Of a stretch of 32,000 nt of DNA, positions 25,908-32,000 are shown piece by piece. The DNA lies in contig CAZECW010000118.1 in the NCBI GenBank assembly GCA_964510585.1, positions 5,552-37,551 of the forward strand. Direction: 5' to 3'. The stretch comes from an uncultured archaeon. Its GTDB lineage: Archaea; Asgardarchaeota; Jordiarchaeia; Jordiarchaeales; Jordiarchaeaceae. Under the pieces are notes generated by a model. It was given only the letters and a program-made list of their open reading frames with translations, searched no databases and had not been told where the DNA came from. The translations under genes and the position numbers were made by a program. Positions within the stretch are counted from its first letter, which is position 1. The number at the start of each line of letters is the position of its first letter.

Positions 25908-27458
25908 ATGGATGTCGTTGGGCAAATAGTTGCGGGAGAGGTTTCCTCCATACTTATTCGCGAAAAGAGTGGTGAGAGAATCGAGCTGGGTGACCTCTTG
26001 GTTGTTGATGATAAGGATGGCTACCTTATTTTGAAGGTCTTCAATCTCTTGTATGGCAGTCAAGTTCCCCAAGCCGCCAGAGAGCTTCTTGCAGGTATGG
26101 AGTTGGAGGGGCATGGCGGCGCAGTTGATTTTCTAGAGCCTGAATTGAGGAGCTACGTTTTAGCTGAGGTTAAGGCCATCGCAAAGGTTACGGGAAAAAA
26201 CGAGTTGTATGCTCCTAAAACTTTGCCGGGATTCTTTAAAAGTGTTAGATTAATTTCGGAGAAAAACCTTAACTTTTTGACCAAGCCACCCTGTCCCGTG
26301 TATCTGGGTAAGGTTCGCAGTGGCTCCAAGGTTTTGAATGTTGATGTTTTTTTGAACGGCTTAGACATTTTTACCCATCACGTCTTGGTTGCAGCCACTA
26401 CGGGTAGGGGCAAAAGTAACTTGGTGAAGGTTATGCTGTGGAGCATTGTGGGTGAAGACAATTTTGGCGTCTTGGTTCTGGATCCCCACGACGAGTATTA
26501 CGGGCGTCATGCCAACGCCAAAGGTTTGAAAGATCACCCTAAGGCTAAGGACAACATATTCTATTTTTCTCCGAATCCCATTCCGGGCACCCATACCTTG
26601 GTGGTTAATTTAAAGTCCATTAAGCCCTCACACTTTGAAGGGATAATTGACTTTACTGATCCCCAGTGGGACGCCATCAAAATTTATTATAATCTTTATG
26701 GGGAAAACTGGATTGAAAGCATTGTAAGGGGGGAGAAATCAAATGGCATTGCTTCAAGAACATTGGATGTGCTCCAAAGAAAGTTCAATAACGCTTTGGG
26801 AGTTTATATGGACTCCTCAGGGATTCTCCAGTGTAGAAGCCGAACATTCAGCGACACTGCGGGGGAGTCTACTATAAATGAAATAATTCAGATTCTGGAG
26901 AAGGGAAAAATGGTGATTCTCGACACTTCACGGTTACTGGATCAAGCTGAGCTACTTCTGGGCAGCATAGTGATTGAGGGTATATTTAACAGGTATCAGC
27001 AGTATAAATCTACGGGTGAGCTTGACGCCAAGCCGGTGATAACACTGGTGATTGAGGAGGCTCCACGCGTACTGGGAACTGAGGTTTTGTCCTCGATGGG
27101 TGAAAACATTTATGCCACTGTGGCTAGGGAGGGAAGAAAATTTAAAGTGGGGCTTATTGCCATTACTCAATTGACTAGCGTTATTCCCAGAACTATTCTT
27201 GCAAATATGAATACCAAAATCATTATGGGTAATGAGGTGGCTCCCGAGCGCAGGGCCATCATTGATAGCGCCGCCCAAGACCTTTCAGATGAGGACAGGG
27301 AGATTGCAAGCCTAGATAAGGGCGAGGCCATTATAAGCAGCAACTTCACAAAGTTCGCCATACCCGTACACGTTCCGCTTTTTGAAGAATACATTAAAAA
27401 ATTTGAAGAAGAGGCCCGAACTAAAAAGAAGGAGGAGTCAACGGTTTTCATCGGGTGA
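25908..27458 (+). CDS. herA: HerA bipolar DNA helicase/translocase
   Basis: N-terminal HAS-barrel-like region, Walker A 'ATTGRGKS', 'VLDPHDEY', Walker B 'VIEEA', '[10 protein letters not shown]' and '[10 protein letters not shown]'. Confidence 0.93.
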   Translation: MDVVGQIVAGEVSSILIREKSGERIELGDLLVVDDKDGYLILKVFNLLYGSQVPQAARELLAGMELEGHGGAVDFLEPELRSYVLAEVKAIAKVTGKNELYAPKTLPGFFKSVRLISEKNLNFLTKPPCPVYLGKVRSGSKVLNVDVFLNGLDIFTHHVLVAATTGRGKSNLVKVMLWSIVGEDNFGVLVLDPHDEYYGRHANAKGLKDHPKAKDNIFYFSPNPIPGTHTLVVNLKSIKPSHFEGIIDFTDPQWDAIKIYYNLYGENWIESIVRGEKSNGIASRTLDVLQRKFNNALGVYMDSSGILQCRSRTFSDTAGESTINEIIQILEKGKMVILDTSRLLDQAELLLGSIVIEGIFNRYQQYKSTGELDAKPVITLVIEEAPRVLGTEVLSSMGENIYATVAREGRKFKVGLIAITQLTSVIPRTILANMNTKIIMGNEVAPERRAIIDSAAQDLSDEDREIASLDKGEAIISSNFTKFAIPVHVPLFEEYIKKFEEEARTKKKEESTVFIG

Positions 27459-27464
27459 ATTGAT

Positions 27465-28718
27465 TTGAAGTTTGCCCATATATCCGACTGTCATCTCGGT
27501 TCCAATAAGGAACCACTACTAAAAAATTTGGAATTGGAAGCCTTCCACTACGCCTTGGAGGAATGCATGAAGAGAAAGGTAGACTTCATCCTAATCACTG
27601 GAGACCTTTTCCATTCCAACATTCCGGACCTTGGGGTGGTGAACTCTGCAGTTAAAAAGATGAAGGAGGTGGTTCTCCAGAACATCCCCATATATGTAAT
27701 ATATGGGAGTCATGACTATAGCCCCAATGAAACCTCCATAGTTGACATTCTAAGCAGTGCGGGTCTATTTACAAAGGTGGTTCGGGGGGAAATAAGGAAC
27801 GAAAAGTTGACGCTACAATTTTTCACAGACCCAAAAACTGGGGTAAAAATAGTCGGCATTTCCGCCCGCAGATTGGGGCTTGAAAAGAAGTATTTTGAGA
27901 TGCTTGACCGTGAAGCTCTAGAAAAGGAGTCGGGTTTCAAAATTTTTGCTTTTCATAGTGGAATAACTGAACTTAAACCCAAAAGCCTCTCCCCCATGGA
28001 GTCCATACCCCTCTCCTATCTCCCCAAAGGATTCAATTATTATGCCGGCGGACATATACACCAGCACATAAAGCAGAGATTTGAGGGGTATGGACTGGTA
28101 GCTTATCCAGGCACAATTTTTGCGGGTTATCCCCGAGACATGGAGGACAGTGCGAGAGGTGAAAGAAGAGGGTTCCTAATAGTTTCATTTGGCAGTGATA
28201 TTGAGAATGTGGAGTTTGTTGAGATACCCGGACCCGAATATGTCCTTTTTGACTATGACGCCACTGGCAAGAATTCAGCTAGAGTAAATGAAGAACTCAC
28301 CAATAAATGTAGTGAGCTCTCCGCAGAGAACAAAATCGTCCTTATTAGAGTCAGCGGCGAAATGTCCGGAGGCAACACAGCCGACATAGACTTTACAAAA
28401 CTGAGAAACATACTTACTCAGAAGGGCGCGCTCTACGTTAATATTAACCGTCATAGTCTAACCACAAGGGAGTATCAGACACTGAGACCTATGGGGGAAG
28501 ATATTAGTGAAATTGAGAGAAATCTCTTCAGGGAAAACATAGGAGCAGTAAAGGTATCGGTGGAATCTCTAAAGGGTGAGCAGGGAGCAAAATTAGCCTC
28601 AGACCTTCTAAAGATCTTGAAACAGAGCCAGAAGGTTGGCGAAACTAAGAAGGATTATGAGAGTAGGGTGTTAAAACAAGCAGTCGACCTTCTAAAGCTG
28701 GAGGAGGCTTTAGAATGA
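27465..28718 (+). CDS. mre11: Mre11 DNA double-strand-break repair nuclease
   Basis: Phosphoesterase motifs 'SDCHLG', 'GDLFH', 'GSHD', 'AFH', 'GGHIH' and 'YPG'. Its stop overlaps the rad50 start (ATGA). Confidence 0.95.
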   Translation: MKFAHISDCHLGSNKEPLLKNLELEAFHYALEECMKRKVDFILITGDLFHSNIPDLGVVNSAVKKMKEVVLQNIPIYVIYGSHDYSPNETSIVDILSSAGLFTKVVRGEIRNEKLTLQFFTDPKTGVKIVGISARRLGLEKKYFEMLDREALEKESGFKIFAFHSGITELKPKSLSPMESIPLSYLPKGFNYYAGGHIHQHIKQRFEGYGLVAYPGTIFAGYPRDMEDSARGERRGFLIVSFGSDIENVEFVEIPGPEYVLFDYDATGKNSARVNEELTNKCSELSAENKIVLIRVSGEMSGGNTADIDFTKLRNILTQKGALYVNINRHSLTTREYQTLRPMGEDISEIERNLFRENIGAVKVSVESLKGEQGAKLASDLLKILKQSQKVGETKKDYESRVLKQAVDLLKLEEALE

Positions 28719-30745
28719 GAGTTAAATCATTAAAACTGGTAAACATTCGCAGCTACCAGGAAGAAAATATTGAGTTTCCAGAGGGAACAACCCTTTTTGA
28801 GGGTGATATTGGCTCCGGAAAATCCACCATTCTCCTAGCCATCGAATTTGCGCTTTTCGGTTTAGGAGACCAGAAGGGGGCCTCTCTACTAAGACTTGGG
28901 GCTAAAGAAGGCTCTGTAACCTTCACCTTCGAATTAGACGGAAGCGAGTACGAAGTTCAACGCAAACTTGTGAGAAAAGGAAACACTGTTCAACAGAAGG
29001 AAGGCTGCTTAATCATTAATGGTAAAAGATATGACCTCTCACCCACTGAACTGAAGGAAAAAATTTTGGAAATTCTCAGGTTTAACGAGCCTCCCAATCC
29101 TAATGCTCAAAGTGTAATCTATAGGTATGCTATTTTTACACCCCAAGAAGAAATGAAGGCAATTCTGTGGGCTAAACCCCAGGAAAGACTACAGACTATG
29201 AGGAAAGCCTTCGGAATAGAAGACTACAGAACCGCTGCAGAAAACGCAAAAATCCTCATAGGCAAAATCAAGGAAAAAAGCGATTTTCTCAAAGGAAGAA
29301 TCCAAGACCTAGAGCAAAAGAAAAAGGACCTAGAAACGAAAACAGACGAAATAAGAAAAGCAGAAGAATCACTAAAAACTTTAAGCGAAGAAAATCAAAA
29401 GCTGGACTCTGAACTCAAGAAGCAAGAGGAAGAAATAGAAAAGCTCAGAGAACAGGAAAAGGAGCTCAGCAGCATCCAGAAGCTAATTCCCAAACTCAAA
29501 GAAGACATAAAAGAAAAAACAAAAAGAAGACAAAAACTGCAGCTCGAAAACAATGATTACAAGAAGGAAATAGAAGAACAGCTCCAACCCAAAATAGAAG
29601 AACTCAGCAAATTCCAAAAACCAACAGACAAAAATGAGAAGGAACTGCAAAACATAATCGACGAAATGAGAAGGAACGAGCGAGAACTATTCCAAAATGT
29701 CAACAGATTTAACCTCAAAATAGAAGATTACCAACAAATAATCGATAACAAAATCTGCCCCACCTGCGACAGAGAAGTTGACCCCAAAGAATTCGGAGAA
29801 AAACTAAACAACCTGAAGAAAGAAAGAGACACGGTAGAAGAAGAACGCAAAAAACTGGCCGAAGCCCTAGAAAACACACAATCCCAACTGGACATACTCA
29901 GAGAATACAACAAGAATCAGGAAAAACTCAGCCAACTCACCAAAAGCCTAGAAGATAAAAAGAAGAGGCTCACTCAAAACATGGAAGAAATGCTTGAACT
30001 CTCCAACCAAATAGAGCGGCTAGACGCCGAGATAAAAATAAACCAGAAAAAACTTGAGGAACTAAAAAGTGTCTCTGAAAAAATTGAACAAGCAAAAAAC
30101 AAGCTGGAAACCCTCAAGAAGCAGAGTGAAGAAATAAAAGACCAAATTTCCAAAGCCCAAAAACAAATAGAAATCTACAAAAAACATAAGGAAGAACTCC
30201 AAGCTGAGATTCAAGAGAAGGAGAAACAGGCAAAAACCAAACAGTTACTTGATGAACACCGCATCTGGCTCCAAGACTACTATACACCCACACTGGAAAG
30301 TATTGAGAAACACGTATTGAGAAGCATAAACCAAGAATTCAACCAACAACTCCAGAAATGGTTCACCATCCTCGTAGACGACCCAGGAAAAAGCGTCAGA
30401 ATAGACGAAGAGTTCACGCCCATAATTGAGCAAGACGGCTACGAGCAAAACATAAACTACATGAGCGGAGGAGAAAAAACCAGCCTAGCACTCGTATACC
30501 GACTAGCACTAAACAACATAGTAAGAAAAGTATCCACCGCCATGAAAACCAACCTCCTCATAATGGATGAACCCACCGATGGATTCAGCAAGGAACAGCT
30601 CTCAAAAGTGAGAGAAATACTAAACGAGCTGCAAAACGCACAGGTAATATTGGTTTCACATGAGAGAGAGTTGGAGAGCTTCGCCGATCAGGTCTTCAGG
30701 GTAGAAAAAAGAAACGGCGTATCAAAAGTAGAACCGGCAACATAA
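28715..30745 (+). CDS. rad50: Rad50 ATPase
   Basis: Walker A 'GDIGSGKST', Q-loop 'TPQEE', coiled coils around a central Zn-hook CPTC (C348/C351), signature 'MSGGE', Walker B 'IMDEPT' and H-loop 'VSHE'. Confidence 0.95.
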   Translation: MRVKSLKLVNIRSYQEENIEFPEGTTLFEGDIGSGKSTILLAIEFALFGLGDQKGASLLRLGAKEGSVTFTFELDGSEYEVQRKLVRKGNTVQQKEGCLIINGKRYDLSPTELKEKILEILRFNEPPNPNAQSVIYRYAIFTPQEEMKAILWAKPQERLQTMRKAFGIEDYRTAAENAKILIGKIKEKSDFLKGRIQDLEQKKKDLETKTDEIRKAEESLKTLSEENQKLDSELKKQEEEIEKLREQEKELSSIQKLIPKLKEDIKEKTKRRQKLQLENNDYKKEIEEQLQPKIEELSKFQKPTDKNEKELQNIIDEMRRNERELFQNVNRFNLKIEDYQQIIDNKICPTCDREVDPKEFGEKLNNLKKERDTVEEERKKLAEALENTQSQLDILREYNKNQEKLSQLTKSLEDKKKRLTQNMEEMLELSNQIERLDAEIKINQKKLEELKSVSEKIEQAKNKLETLKKQSEEIKDQISKAQKQIEIYKKHKEELQAEIQEKEKQAKTKQLLDEHRIWLQDYYTPTLESIEKHVLRSINQEFNQQLQKWFTILVDDPGKSVRIDEEFTPIIEQDGYEQNINYMSGGEKTSLALVYRLALNNIVRKVSTAMKTNLLIMDEPTDGFSKEQLSKVREILNELQNAQVILVSHERELESFADQVFRVEKRNGVSKVEPAT

Positions 30746-31002
30746 AAAATTACTACCCTCACCTAAAACATCAGAGCAGTAAACCTATTGTCTGGAAAAA
30801 ATTTATAGCTAAAACCGAATACCATCCGAGATTATGGTTTAAAGATTATCCATCCTCTTTTTTTGAATTCCAAAAAGTTCTTACATTATTCATTCCGGAT
30901 TATCATGGGATTCCGCTTGCCTGGAACACTTTTTAGTGGTGCTTACCTATGGGGGAAAAATGTTTATGCAAGTTTCATACCTTATGTATTTGGGTGGTTT
31001 AC

Positions 31003-32000
31003 TTGCCAGATAAGTTGATTCTCTCATTTGATATTGGTACCAGCTATATTAAAACGAGCTTAGTTGATACCAAGTTTAACATACTGGCAACTGAGCTTGA
31101 CAAATATCCCATATATTTTCCAAAAAAGGGCTATGTGGAACAGGATCCTCTTGATTGGTGGAACGCTGTTGTGAAAACCACGAAGCGATTGGTACAGGAG
31201 AAAAGTGTAGACGCTTCCAAAATTGTGGGAATAACCTTTGGTGGGCAGGCCCTTTGCACTGTTCCAATAAATAAGGATGGCGAGCCCCTAATGAGGGCTA
31301 TAAGCTGGATGGATGCAAGAGCTGCTGAACAGGCAAAAAAGGTGGCAGGCGGTGGACTCTTAAAAATTGGTGGCTACAACCTTTTTTCCCTCCTCACATT
31401 CCTGAGGATAACTGGCGGAGGTCCGGGTCTTGCTGGAAAGGATCATTTACCAAGAATTCTATGGCTTAGGGAGAATATGCCAGACGTTCTTCGAGACACG
31501 TACAAGTTTGTCGACACTAACGGCTTCATAATTTTCAAAATGACTGGCCAAACAGTGATGAGTAAATTCGATGCCCACATAACTTGGATGATGGATACCC
31601 GTCCTGGGAAACATTGTTGGTCGGATAAAATTCTCAAAAGGTATGGAGTAGACAAAGAAAAACTCCCCGAAATAAAAGCTTCAACCGATGTTGCTGGTAA
31701 ACTCACAAAAAAAGCTGCGGACGAACTGAGTCTAAAAGAAGGGACACCAGTTATCGTTGGGTCAGGCGACGTGGCAGCAGTGGCTGTGGGTTCTGCTGCA
31801 GTTAAAGAGAGGGAATACTTCATTTATATCGGTACTAGCGACTTTATGGGCACCCACACAAAGCACAGAAAGGTGGATATATCCCACTATATGGGAAGCA
31901 TATGCAGCGCTATCCCCGATATGTATCTATACACGGGGGAACAAGAAAATGCGGGGACCTGTTTAGACTGGGTGAAGAATGAAGTGTACAAGAGTTCAGC
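31003..32000 (+). CDS. FGGY-family carbohydrate kinase, xylulokinase-like (3'-truncated by the window edge; absent from ORF track)
   Basis: TTG at 31003 after a GGGTGG SD. It reads MPDKLILSFDIGTSYIKT...GYVEQDPLDWW...GITFGGQ...SWMDAR...GSGD...IGTS and stays open to the window end. Confidence 0.92.
   Translation, partial: MPDKLILSFDIGTSYIKTSLVDTKFNILATELDKYPIYFPKKGYVEQDPLDWWNAVVKTTKRLVQEKSVDASKIVGITFGGQALCTVPINKDGEPLMRAISWMDARAAEQAKKVAGGGLLKIGGYNLFSLLTFLRITGGGPGLAGKDHLPRILWLRENMPDVLRDTYKFVDTNGFIIFKMTGQTVMSKFDAHITWMMDTRPGKHCWSDKILKRYGVDKEKLPEIKASTDVAGKLTKKAADELSLKEGTPVIVGSGDVAAVAVGSAAVKEREYFIYIGTSDFMGTHTKHRKVDISHYMGSICSAIPDMYLYTGEQENAGTCLDWVKNEVYKSS

Noticed and set aside
315-31966. Numerous 60-180 aa track ORFs nested antisense or out-of-frame within well-supported genes (e.g. 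2514-3053, 9473-9775, 13030-13401, 31443-31823)
   Set aside because: They are shadow ORFs of real coding sequences, with Ser/Leu/Phe-rich antisense composition and no motifs.
1-32000. CRISPR arrays, IS/transposases, integrases, tRNA/rRNA, anti-phage defence genes
   Set aside because: None were recognised by eye. The nurA-herA-mre11-rad50 genes carry housekeeping repair motifs rather than a defence-island context. tRNAscan-SE or Infernal would be needed to formally exclude small RNAs.

Overview
Archaeal chromosomal segment (TATA/BRE-type promoters, GGTGA/GGAGG Shine-Dalgarno motifs, many TTG starts), most consistent with an Asgard archaeon. That assignment is inferred from a longin-domain/Rab-like GTPase fusion (7596-8594) set among anaerobic heterotroph genes. 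About 33 genes are supported. They cover acyl-CoA and amino-acid metabolism (crotonase-family enzyme, two-subunit CoA-transferase-fold enzyme, acyl-CoA ligase, class III aminotransferase, saccharopine-dehydrogenase-like enzyme, amidohydrolase, M20 peptidase, FGGY kinase), two MFS transporters, Fe-S proteins, dodecin, a TPR protein, several small Zn-binding unknowns and the nurA / herA-mre11-rad50 double-strand-break repair genes. No rRNA, tRNA, CRISPR array or mobile element was recognised. Main second-look items: (1) two very basic micro-ORFs below the ORF-track cutoff, lying antisense between nurA and herA: a 44-aa protamine-like protein and a 41-aa Lys/Ala protein with an ESCRT-III-like N-terminus; (2) the longin-GTPase has Ser in place of the catalytic Gln; (3) the CoA-transferase beta subunit lacks its catalytic Glu; (4) a possible VHS/CID-like helical protein; (5) a G+T to C+A compositional gradient along transcription units. 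All family calls are by motif recognition; no database searches were run.
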